From the IMG/VR virus record IMGVR_UViG_3300037991_000189, positions 1 to 47,799 of that record: a DNA stretch of 47,799 nt; one strand, 5' to 3'. The stretch comes from a virus (taxonomy: Duplodnaviria > Caudoviricetes). How positions within the stretch are numbered: position 1 is the stretch's first letter; each line of letters starts with the position of its first letter. The notes below the pieces were generated by a model. It searched no databases and had not been told where the DNA came from. It worked only from the letters and a program-made list of their open reading frames with translations. Made by a program: the position numbers and the translations under genes. Positions 17,023 to 25,741 of this stretch are shown one piece after another.

Positions 17023-18851
17023 TGGATTTAATTACGTTAGACTTTGAAACTTACTATGATAAAGAATATTCATTGGGTAAGTTGACTACAGAAGAATATG
17101 TGCGTGACTCAAGATTTGAAGTTATTGGTATAGGTATTAAGCTAAACGATCAGGATACCGAGTGGGCAAGTGGCACACACAAACAGCTTAAGGAGTATCT
17201 ACAAAGTTTTCCTTGGGATAATGCTTTAGTTGTAGCACATAACACCATGTTTGATGGTGCTATATTAAGTTGGATATTTGACATACATCCAAAAGTTTAT
17301 GGCGATACTTTATGTATGGCACGTGCATATCATGGTGTTGAAAGCAGTGGTAGTCTTAGAGCATTAGCACAAAGATATAATATAGGCGAAAAAGGCACGG
17401 AAGTAATTGAGGCACTTGGCAAAAACAGATTAGACTTTACTGAAGAAGAACTGGCTAGGTACGGAGATTATTGTATAAACGACGTGGACTTAACTTACGA
17501 ACTATTAAAGATAATGAGTCGTGGCTTTCCAAAGAAAGAGTTTAAACTAATAGACACAACTTTACGTATGTTTGTAGAGCCAGTATTAGACTTGGACCTG
17601 GGGATGTTGGAACAGCATCTCACAGAAACACGTGACAGTAAGGATGAACTGCTGGAAGCGTCAGGTGTGAGTAAAGAAGATTTGATGAGTAACCCGAAGT
17701 TTGCAGAGGTTCTTAAATCTATCGGTGTTGAACCACCCATGAAGATAAGTCCTACAACTGGCAAAGAAACATTTGCATTTGCCAAGTCTGATGAAGAATT
17801 TAAAGCGTTGCAGACGCACCCCGACGAAAAAGTCCAAGCGTTGGTCAATGCAAGACTAGGAACTAAGTCTACGTTAGAAGAAACACGAACTCAGAGATTT
17901 ATAGACATAGCCAAACGTGGTCTCCTGCCTGTCCCAGTCAAATATTACGCAGCCCACACTGGCAGATGGGGTGGTGATGACAAGATTAATTTACAGAATC
18001 TACCGAGCAGAGGTGTCAATGGTAAGAAACTTAAACGAAGTATCATTGCACCCGAGGGTTACACAATAATAGATGCTGACTCATCACAGATTGAGGCTAG
18101 AGTATTGGCTTGGCTCGCAGAACAAGATGATTTAACTGAAGCATTTACTAATGGTGAAGATGTGTACGTTAAGATGGCATCACGTATTTATGATAAAGCA
18201 GAAGAAGATATAACAAAAGATGAGAGGTTTGTCGGTAAGACAACCATCTTAGGTGCAGGTTATGGTATGGGTGCTCTGAAGTTTCAATCACAGCTAAAGA
18301 CGTTTGGATTTGATATGGCAATAGAAGAAGCACGGAGGGTTATAAAAATTTACCGTGAAACTAATTGGAAAATAAACAAGTTGTGGCGTGATGCACAACA
18401 GATTCTCGTTTCGTTACATCGTAATGATATGCCGTTTAGTCTTGGTAAAGACAGAGTGTTAGTGACTGTACCCGAAGAAAATGCTATAAAGTTACCATCG
18501 GGTTTACTTATGAGATACGAGGACTTGGACTACGATCAAGGTGAGCAAGGTATAGAGTTTCACTATCAGACTAGGCGAGGTCGCACTAGGATATATGGTG
18601 GGAAAGTAGTAGAGAATGTTTGTCAAGCTATAGCTAGGTGTATTATTGGAGAACAGATGTTACTAATAAATAAAAGACACCGTGTCGTGTTAACAGTACA
18701 TGACTCAATAGCAGCATGCGTAAAAAGCGAGGAAGTAGAAGACGCACAAACGTACATAGAGGAGTGTATGAGATGGACACCCGACTGGGCAAAAGGTCTA
18801 CCCATAGATTGCGAATCGGGCAGTGGTAAAACTTACGGAGATTGTGAGTGA
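17022..18851 (+). CDS. polA: Family A DNA polymerase with 3'-5' exonuclease (Leu762 type)
   Basis: ExoI DFET, ExoII HN..FD, ExoIII YC..D, TGRW, NLQNLP, motif A DSSQIEAR, motif B KTTILGAGYG, motif C VHDS. Confidence 0.95.
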   Translation: MDLITLDFETYYDKEYSLGKLTTEEYVRDSRFEVIGIGIKLNDQDTEWASGTHKQLKEYLQSFPWDNALVVAHNTMFDGAILSWIFDIHPKVYGDTLCMARAYHGVESSGSLRALAQRYNIGEKGTEVIEALGKNRLDFTEEELARYGDYCINDVDLTYELLKIMSRGFPKKEFKLIDTTLRMFVEPVLDLDLGMLEQHLTETRDSKDELLEASGVSKEDLMSNPKFAEVLKSIGVEPPMKISPTTGKETFAFAKSDEEFKALQTHPDEKVQALVNARLGTKSTLEETRTQRFIDIAKRGLLPVPVKYYAAHTGRWGGDDKINLQNLPSRGVNGKKLKRSIIAPEGYTIIDADSSQIEARVLAWLAEQDDLTEAFTNGEDVYVKMASRIYDKAEEDITKDERFVGKTTILGAGYGMGALKFQSQLKTFGFDMAIEEARRVIKIYRETNWKINKLWRDAQQILVSLHRNDMPFSLGKDRVLVTVPEENAIKLPSGLLMRYEDLDYDQGEQGIEFHYQTRRGRTRIYGGKVVENVCQAIARCIIGEQMLLINKRHRVVLTVHDSIAACVKSEEVEDAQTYIEECMRWTPDWAKGLPIDCESGSGKTYGDCE

Positions 18852-19513
18852 GTATATCACCTTGGTCATACAGCAGAATTAAATCTTTTGAGCAGTGCCC
18901 AAAACAATTCTATCATCTTAAAATAGCAAGAGATTACAAAGAGCCATATACTGATGCCATGCGTTATGGCACAGAGGCTCATGCCGTTGCCGAAGATTTT
19001 ATTAATGATGCCAAGCCGATACCCAAGAAATTTAATTTTATGAAACCAGTTCTTGAGGCTTTGAAAGCAAGAGATGGAGAGAAACACTGTGAGATGAAGA
19101 TGGGACTCACTAGGGGCCTTGAGCCTTGTAGCTTTTCGTCTAAACAAGTTTGGTGGCGTGGTATAGTTGATCTGGTGATTATAAACGGTGAGAAAGCATG
19201 GATCGTAGATTACAAAACAAGTAGATCAGCAAAATATGCAGATAAAGGTCAATTAGAATTAATGGCACTTGCTACTTTTAAATATTTCCCTAAAATAAAA
19301 ACTATTAATGCAGGGTTATTGTTCGTAGTATCTAATAACTTTATAAAACAAACCTATACAGACGATATGATCCCTGCATTATGGAAAAAATGGTTGGATA
19401 GCTATGAACGCATGGAGGTAGCACATAGCAATAATGTTTGGAACGCACACCCAAGTGGACTATGTAAACGACACTGTGTTGTACTTGAGTGCATACATAA
19501 CGGGAGTAACTAA
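18848..19513 (+). CDS. Cas4/RecB-like PD-(D/E)xK exonuclease
   Basis: SYS....EQCP, IVD...IVDYKT, Q-x3 motif, C-terminal C-x3-C-x4-C (Fe-S type). Confidence 0.85.
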   Translation: MSISPWSYSRIKSFEQCPKQFYHLKIARDYKEPYTDAMRYGTEAHAVAEDFINDAKPIPKKFNFMKPVLEALKARDGEKHCEMKMGLTRGLEPCSFSSKQVWWRGIVDLVIINGEKAWIVDYKTSRSAKYADKGQLELMALATFKYFPKIKTINAGLLFVVSNNFIKQTYTDDMIPALWKKWLDSYERMEVAHSNNVWNAHPSGLCKRHCVVLECIHNGSN

Positions 19514-19761
19514 TGGCTTACACTAAATCACCAAGACCTTATAAAAAAGAATATAAGAAACAGAAAGAAAGAGGTGAGCACCCTAATCGCATGGAAAGAC
19601 AGAGAGCTAGACGTGCTTTGGATAAGAAAGGTGTTAACAGAAAGGGTAAAGACGTTAGTCACAAGAAGATGTTGAGCAAGGGTGGCAAAAACAAAGACGG
19701 CTATTTTTTAGAGAGTCCATCTAAAAATAGGAGCAGAAACGGCAAGAAGAAGAAAAAATAA
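19513..19761 (+). CDS. Small basic HNH-like protein
   Basis: GKDVSHKKMLSKGG.N...S.NRSRN, a degenerate HNH pattern. Confidence 0.65.
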   Translation: MAYTKSPRPYKKEYKKQKERGEHPNRMERQRARRALDKKGVNRKGKDVSHKKMLSKGGKNKDGYFLESPSKNRSRNGKKKKK

Positions 19762-19868
19762 GGCTCTAGGAAGCTCGTACAGCCACGAAACGGGAGTCCC
19801 GTGTGTGATTGTACCCTAGAAAAACGACGAAAAACGCAGATTTTATCTGTTGCAACAAGGAGAAAACA

Positions 19869-21245
19869 TTGCAAGTAACACAGCAAAAGTATATCTTTTC
19901 GGGTAAATACAAACCATTTAAACATCAACGCAAGACAGCATTATTCTTTACACAACATAAAAAGTCCTTTTGTTTTAACGAACAGGGCACGGGCAAGACG
20001 GCTAGTGCAATATGGGCATCAGACTTTCTGATACAACAAGGCAAAGTAAATCGTGTGTTAGTCATATGCCCTCTATCTATTATGGATAGTGCATGGAGAA
20101 ACGATTTGTTTAGTTTTGCTCCACACAGAACCGTTGCTGTAGCACATGGCGATGCCAAAAAAAGAAAATCCATAATAGAACAAAACACAGATTATGTAAT
20201 AATAAACTATGATGGTGTAGAGATAGTATCTGAATCTATAAAAAATGGTGGCTTTGATTTAATAATTGTAGACGAGGCTACACATTATAAAAATGCACAG
20301 ACACGACGCTGGAAGGTCCTCAACAAACTATTATGTGATAACACGTGGCTGTGGATGATGACAGGCACACCTGCAGCTCAGAGTCCAGTAGACGCATACG
20401 GACTAGCAAAGATGGTTAACCCTACGGCAGTTCCAAGATATGGCAGTACATTCAGAGATATGGTTATGACAAAGATAACTAACTTTAAATGGATACCAAA
20501 AGCAAATGCAACAAGCACAGTACACAGAGTATTACAACCTGCAATAAGATTTACAAAAGACGAGTGTCTTGATTTACCAAACATGACATACGTAAAACGT
20601 GCCGTTGAACTTACCCGACAACAAAAGAAATATTACGAACTGTTAAGAAAAAGATTGGTGCTTGATATAACAGGTGAACAGGTAACGGCAGTCAATGCCG
20701 CAGTGGGTATGAACAAGTTACTACAGATATCAGCAGGTGCAGTATATACAGATGACGGTGAAACATTAGAGTTTGATATTAAACACAGATATAAAGTATT
20801 GAAAGAAGTTATTGACGAGTCCAGTCAAAAGGTTCTTATCTTTGTGCCTTTCAGACATGTAATAGATATATTGACAGATAAGTTACGTAGCGATGGTATA
20901 TCTACAGAGGTAATCCAAGGCAGCGTGGGTGCAACAGCACGTACAAACATCTTTAGACAATTTCAAGAAGCATCGAATCCACGAGTGTTAGTAATACAGC
21001 CAGCATCTGCAGCACACGGTGTCACGTTAACAGCAGCTAACACAGTCATATGGTGGTCCCCCGTCAGTTCGTTAGAAACATATGCACAAGCAAATGCACG
21101 TGTACACAGGTCTGGACAAAAACACAAGTGCACTGTCGTCCAGCTACAAGGTTCTGACGCAGAAAAACACGTTTACAGACTATTAGATAGTAGAATAAAC
21201 ATACACACAAAAATTATCGATCTTTACAAAGAAATACTTGACTAA
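19869..21245 (+). CDS. SNF2-family (SF2) helicase; probable TTG start at 19869
   Basis: EQGTGKT, DEAT, TGTP, QANARVHRSGQ; AAGGAG precedes the TTG. Confidence 0.92.
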   Translation: MQVTQQKYIFSGKYKPFKHQRKTALFFTQHKKSFCFNEQGTGKTASAIWASDFLIQQGKVNRVLVICPLSIMDSAWRNDLFSFAPHRTVAVAHGDAKKRKSIIEQNTDYVIINYDGVEIVSESIKNGGFDLIIVDEATHYKNAQTRRWKVLNKLLCDNTWLWMMTGTPAAQSPVDAYGLAKMVNPTAVPRYGSTFRDMVMTKITNFKWIPKANATSTVHRVLQPAIRFTKDECLDLPNMTYVKRAVELTRQQKKYYELLRKRLVLDITGEQVTAVNAAVGMNKLLQISAGAVYTDDGETLEFDIKHRYKVLKEVIDESSQKVLIFVPFRHVIDILTDKLRSDGISTEVIQGSVGATARTNIFRQFQEASNPRVLVIQPASAAHGVTLTAANTVIWWSPVSSLETYAQANARVHRSGQKHKCTVVQLQGSDAEKHVYRLLDSRINIHTKIIDLYKEILD

Positions 21246-21267
21246 GTAATATATAGCCACTATATAT
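21238..21267 (+). promoter_or_regulatory. Possible sigma70-like promoter
   Basis: TTGACT-17 bp-TATATA (imperfect -10), overlapping the inverted repeat ATATAG-CCA-CTATAT. Confidence 0.35.
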
Positions 21268-21296
21268 AAAGTATCAGTATCATAAGGGAGAAAAAT

Positions 21297-21698
21297 ATGA
21301 CTGAAAACGACAAAGTGTCGGTAGATAAACTGACTGGAGCTTTCATAAAAATAAGAAACGCACGTGCCGTTTTATCTGCTGAATTTAAAGAAAAGGATGC
21401 CAAGCTTGTTGCACAACAAGATAAAATCCGACAAGGACTACTTAACTATTGCACAGAGCAAAATGTTGAGAGTGCTAGAACTTCTGAGGGATCGTTCTTT
21501 AGAACGACTAAGACTAAATTTTGGACAAGCGACTGGGAATCCATGTATGAATTTATCATGGAGCACAAAGTCCCTGAGTTTTTCGATAAGCGTCTTAATC
21601 AGACTAATGTAAAGCAGTTCCTCGAGGAGAACCCCGATCTGATGCCCAAAGGGTTGAATCAAGATACGGAATATTCAATAGTAGTGAGGAAGAAATAA
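21297..21698 (+). CDS. Conserved replication-module protein (coiled-coil N-terminus)
   Basis: 133 aa, GGGAG RBS; DWESMYEFI...KRLNQTNV..FLEENP..MPKGL. Confidence 0.8.
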   Translation: MTENDKVSVDKLTGAFIKIRNARAVLSAEFKEKDAKLVAQQDKIRQGLLNYCTEQNVESARTSEGSFFRTTKTKFWTSDWESMYEFIMEHKVPEFFDKRLNQTNVKQFLEENPDLMPKGLNQDTEYSIVVRKK

Positions 21699-21934
21699 TG
21701 GTAGGAAAATACGTACCAATCGAAGATGTGGCGAAGCACTTCTCTGTCTCCATATCGACAATCCGTGCATGGGTTCGTCAACAAGACATACCACAAGATA
21801 CCTACATAAAAGTGGGTAGCACTTATAGGTTTAATATTGAAGACGTTGCCAATGCACTAACAAAAGCAGAGAAGAAAAAAGAAGAACCTGTGCTCATGGA
21901 GGCAGGTGCTGTTAATTTTGATGATGACATATAA
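21698..21934 (+). CDS. Excisionase/MerR-like HTH DNA-binding protein (HTH_17)
   Basis: IEDVAKHFSVSISTIRAWVR...IKVGSTYRF winged HTH. Confidence 0.85.
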   Translation: MVGKYVPIEDVAKHFSVSISTIRAWVRQQDIPQDTYIKVGSTYRFNIEDVANALTKAEKKKEEPVLMEAGAVNFDDDI

Positions 21935-21946
21935 GGGAGATTTAGC

Positions 21947-22612
21947 ATGTCAAATAATTTAACTATGAACTATAATATTAGTAATGTAGAGGCAATGTGG
22001 CCTAGGATAAACCGTACATATAAGTACGATACAGTTGAGCAAAGGTCAGTTCCTTGTAACCCGACTGATGAGGGATCTGCATACACGTTGCAGTTTCGCA
22101 TGACAGAAGAGCAAGCAAAGGCTCTGTATAAGCAGATGAAGTTAGCTTATGACTCTAAAAAAGAAGCAAATTGGCCTCAAAAGTTTGTTATGCCATTCAA
22201 GAAAGATGAGGATGGTACATATACTCATAAGGCAAAATTAAAAGGTTCTTACGATAATGAACCTACAAGAAAACCTGCACATTATGACGCAAAAGGTGTT
22301 AAACTACCTGAAGATTTTATGTTAACAAATGGAAGTATTGTTAACGTGGCTGTAGTTTGTGTGCCATATAATGTGCGTGATAACGGTGTATCATTAAGGT
22401 TAAGAGCAGTGCAAGTTGTTGATCTTAAACCTATGAAGGAGGATAATCCGTTTGATGTTGTTGATGGGTTTCAAGTTGATGAGAAAGGTGAAGATAATCC
22501 GTTTGATGACGAACCCGTAGAAACACCGAAAAAGGTGGCAAAAAAATCTGCTCCTGCACCAAAAGAAGACGCAGAGGATTTAGCATCTATAGTTGATAAT
22601 TGGGACGACTAG
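21947..22612 (+). CDS. Single-stranded DNA-binding protein (T7 gp2.5/DUF2815-like)
   Basis: GVSLRLRAVQVVDL OB-fold strand; acidic tail with duplicated EDNPFD, ending WDD. Confidence 0.8.
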   Translation: MSNNLTMNYNISNVEAMWPRINRTYKYDTVEQRSVPCNPTDEGSAYTLQFRMTEEQAKALYKQMKLAYDSKKEANWPQKFVMPFKKDEDGTYTHKAKLKGSYDNEPTRKPAHYDAKGVKLPEDFMLTNGSIVNVAVVCVPYNVRDNGVSLRLRAVQVVDLKPMKEDNPFDVVDGFQVDEKGEDNPFDDEPVETPKKVAKKSAPAPKEDAEDLASIVDNWDD

Positions 22613-22666
22613 TCCCTAAGTAACCTGCTCTAGCAGTAGTCTCCTTTCCTACAAATTGTCAGGTTA

Positions 22667-22697
22667 GGGCAGTAGTCATCACTACCCCTCTTTTTTA
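22667..22697 (+). terminator. Possible terminator/attenuator between SSB and primase
   Basis: GGG..GTAGT-CATC-ACTAC-CCC stem followed by TCTTTTTT. Confidence 0.45.
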
Positions 22698-22710
22698 GAT
22701 TTTTCAGGGG

Positions 22711-25542
22711 GTGGTGGTGGCGATTAACTATATGATGGATGATATGGAAACAGATGTATTTTTAAAAAACGTATTAGCAGACGATGGTCTTTATGCCTTG
22801 TTAGCTATACGATCAAGCGACGATCGTAGGGTACAGAAATTTTATCCTACTATTGGACATTTAATTGACGGAGCTGTTGCTTTTGATGCAAAAGGTTACG
22901 ACTCTTATTTTGGATTAGCCACATATGATAAAGATGGCTCTAGGAAAGCAGATAACGTAAAAGAACTTAAATCTTTTTTTCTTGACTTAGACTGTGGTCC
23001 AAGTAAGGACTATGCTAATCAAGGTGATGCTATAGTTGCATTACGTAGGTTCTGCAAAGAATTACAATTACCCAAACCTTTGACTGTAAACTCGGGTAGA
23101 GGAGTGCATGTCTACTGGGGTTTAACTGAAAGTGTGGGTAAAGAAAATTGGCTACAAGTTTCGCGGGTGTTGAAAGCTAAGTGTACACAGCATAACTTGT
23201 TAGCAGATACGGCTGTGACTGCTGATGTATGTCGTGTATTACGCATACCCAAGACACACAATCATAAAACAGATCCACCCACAGAAGTAACTTTCTTTGG
23301 GTTTGATACACCACCACTGGTGGACTTTGACGAATTTGCTGAATTACTTGGCGATGAACCTATACAGATACCTAAAAAGTATGTGCCCAGCGAAAGCAAT
23401 TTTAACAACGATAAAGAAAGCGTATTCTTAGATATCGTAAATAAAACAAAAGCAGGTAAAGGTTGTGGTCAACTAAAGAATATAATTAAGAACCAACAAG
23501 AGATAAGTGAGCCTTTATGGAGAGCAGGTTTATCTATAGCTAAATACTGTATAGATGGAAAAGAAGCTACGCATATAGTCTCTAGGCATCACTCAGACTA
23601 CACACCAGAAGATACTAACAGGAAAGTAGAAGCCATAAAAGGCCCGTATTTGTGTAATACATTTGATGAGTATAGTCCTGATATATGTACTAGTTGTCCT
23701 CATTGGGGTAAGATAAAATCTCCCATAGTTCTTGGGCAAAGAATAAGAGAAGCAACAGAAGAAGATAACGTAGTGGAAGCACCTGCAATAAATCTACCGA
23801 ACTCTCCGACAAACATATACACAATACCTGCATATCCACGACCATATTTTAGAGGTGCAAACGGAGGAGTATATATAAGGACTCGTAATGCAGACGGAGA
23901 TCCTGATGAGAAAGTTATATATCACAATGATTTATACGTAGTTAGAAGACTGCGTGATGTAGAGATTGGTGAGGCTATCGTTATGCGATTGCATCTACCG
24001 AAAGACGGAGTAAGAGAGTTTACTCTACCACTAACTGCTGTTACATCTAGGGAGGAGTTTAGAAAGTATATGTCCATGCAAGGTGTAGCAGTTACAAGAA
24101 TGGATGAGCTAATGCAGTACACAACAACATGGGTCAACGAGTTACAAGCCAACAGTGTCGCAGATCAAGCACATAGACAGTTTGGTTGGACTGGTGAAGA
24201 TTGTGAGTCTTTCATACTTGGCAATCAAGAAATATTTAAAGATAAAGTTGAATTTAATCCTCCATCTACACAGACAGCAGGATTGTTCCCGTCTTTTGAG
24301 CCACGAGGCACTATGGAAGATTGGAAGAAAGCCATAAATTTTTACAACAAAGATGGGTTTGAATTACATCAGTTTGTAGTCGGCACGTCGTTTGGCTCTC
24401 CGTTAATGCAGTTCTCACCAATAAACTGTGCAGGATTGCACATATACAGTAAAGACTCGGGCGTTGGTAAGACTACAGCTATGTCTGCCGCTGTGTCTGT
24501 TTGGGGTAGACCTGATGATTTAATAATACATGAAAGAGATACGTTTAACACCAAGATGAACAGAGGTGAGATATATCATAACTTACCATTATATATGGAT
24601 GAGTTGACTAACACACATGGGCGAGAACTAAGTAATATAGCTTATCAACTGACGGGTGGTAGACAACGAGGTCGTATGGCTAGTGGTAGTAATACAGAAA
24701 GACATAGAGGAGAGGCGTGGAGATTACTTGCAGTTACCACTGGTAATACAAGCATGATAGAGAGAATAAGTATAATAAAAGCCATGCCAAAAGCAGAGGC
24801 ACAAAGAATATTAGAGTGTCGTGTAAAGCGTATGCACTTTGAAACAAAAGAAGAAACAGACGTGTTTAGCACTGCTCTGCAAGAAAACTACGGACACGCA
24901 GGTAAAGAGTATGTCCAATACCTGATGAGCAATATATCTTCTGTTAAGAAGTTACTAGGAGAAATACAACAGCGTGTGGATAAAAAAGCAGGTCTTACAG
25001 CAGAGAATAGATTTTGGTCTATTTTAGTATCAGCAACAGTCACTGGAGTTATGATAGCTAACAAGCTAGGTTTGGTAGATTACGACCCGAAAAAAGTATT
25101 TGACTGGGGTGTATCACAACTGTTAGAGAACAAACGCCAAGTGGCAGACATGAATGTGTCGGTTGAAGAAGTGCTTAATGATTTTATACACGAACACTGG
25201 AGTAATGTACTGTGGATAAAAAGCACTGACGATTTACGTAAACAACAAGACATAGATAAAGACTCTTTGATTATACCCGAAGCTGTGCCGAGAGGTAAGT
25301 TAGTTGCACGATACGAAACAGATTTAAAACGTGCATATTTATTACCAAAGCCTTTGAAGTCTTGGTGTGGCGATCAGCAGATAAATTATAATTCTTTTGT
25401 GCATGACCTTACAACTAAGCTAAATGCAAGAAGATCTAAGATAAGATTAAGTAAAGGCACACACATGAATTTGCCTCCAGCCGACGTTATAGTTGTAGAT
25501 TGTTCTGTAGAGAAACTAAATGGCAATACTGAAGAAGTATGA
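22711..25542 (+). CDS. Primase-helicase fusion (AEP/RepB-like primase, DUF927, P-loop helicase); true start probably 22732-22744
   Basis: DLD and SGRGVHVYW primase motifs, RVLRIP.T.N, Cys cluster (C...CTSCPH), FGW of DUF927, Walker A SGVGKTT, Walker B YMDE. Confidence 0.88.
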   Translation: MVVAINYMMDDMETDVFLKNVLADDGLYALLAIRSSDDRRVQKFYPTIGHLIDGAVAFDAKGYDSYFGLATYDKDGSRKADNVKELKSFFLDLDCGPSKDYANQGDAIVALRRFCKELQLPKPLTVNSGRGVHVYWGLTESVGKENWLQVSRVLKAKCTQHNLLADTAVTADVCRVLRIPKTHNHKTDPPTEVTFFGFDTPPLVDFDEFAELLGDEPIQIPKKYVPSESNFNNDKESVFLDIVNKTKAGKGCGQLKNIIKNQQEISEPLWRAGLSIAKYCIDGKEATHIVSRHHSDYTPEDTNRKVEAIKGPYLCNTFDEYSPDICTSCPHWGKIKSPIVLGQRIREATEEDNVVEAPAINLPNSPTNIYTIPAYPRPYFRGANGGVYIRTRNADGDPDEKVIYHNDLYVVRRLRDVEIGEAIVMRLHLPKDGVREFTLPLTAVTSREEFRKYMSMQGVAVTRMDELMQYTTTWVNELQANSVADQAHRQFGWTGEDCESFILGNQEIFKDKVEFNPPSTQTAGLFPSFEPRGTMEDWKKAINFYNKDGFELHQFVVGTSFGSPLMQFSPINCAGLHIYSKDSGVGKTTAMSAAVSVWGRPDDLIIHERDTFNTKMNRGEIYHNLPLYMDELTNTHGRELSNIAYQLTGGRQRGRMASGSNTERHRGEAWRLLAVTTGNTSMIERISIIKAMPKAEAQRILECRVKRMHFETKEETDVFSTALQENYGHAGKEYVQYLMSNISSVKKLLGEIQQRVDKKAGLTAENRFWSILVSATVTGVMIANKLGLVDYDPKKVFDWGVSQLLENKRQVADMNVSVEEVLNDFIHEHWSNVLWIKSTDDLRKQQDIDKDSLIIPEAVPRGKLVARYETDLKRAYLLPKPLKSWCGDQQINYNSFVHDLTTKLNARRSKIRLSKGTHMNLPPADVIVVDCSVEKLNGNTEEV

Positions 25543-25741
25543 TTTAAACCCTGATGGGGTGCGTATAGTAGTCAACTGGGATGACATGGTAATAGGTTCC
25601 TCTGTGTTTATCCTCTCGATTAACGTCCAAGAAGCACTGAGTCAAATCAAAAATGTGATGAATGATAAAGGTTGGGAATATCAAATGCAAATACGTGTAG
25701 AGGATGAAAAACTAGGTGTACGTGTTTGGCGATTGACTTAA
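25520..25741 (+). CDS. Small hypothetical protein, last gene of the replication arm
   Basis: W..M.IGSSVF...GVRVWR pattern of small phage DNA-binding-like proteins. Confidence 0.7.
   Translation: MAILKKYDLNPDGVRIVVNWDDMVIGSSVFILSINVQEALSQIKNVMNDKGWEYQMQIRVEDEKLGVRVWRLT

Noticed and set aside
19653-20075. Additional GTTAGTCA half-sites (about 19653 and 20057)
   Set aside because: The second arm is missing, so they are not counted as palindrome copies.
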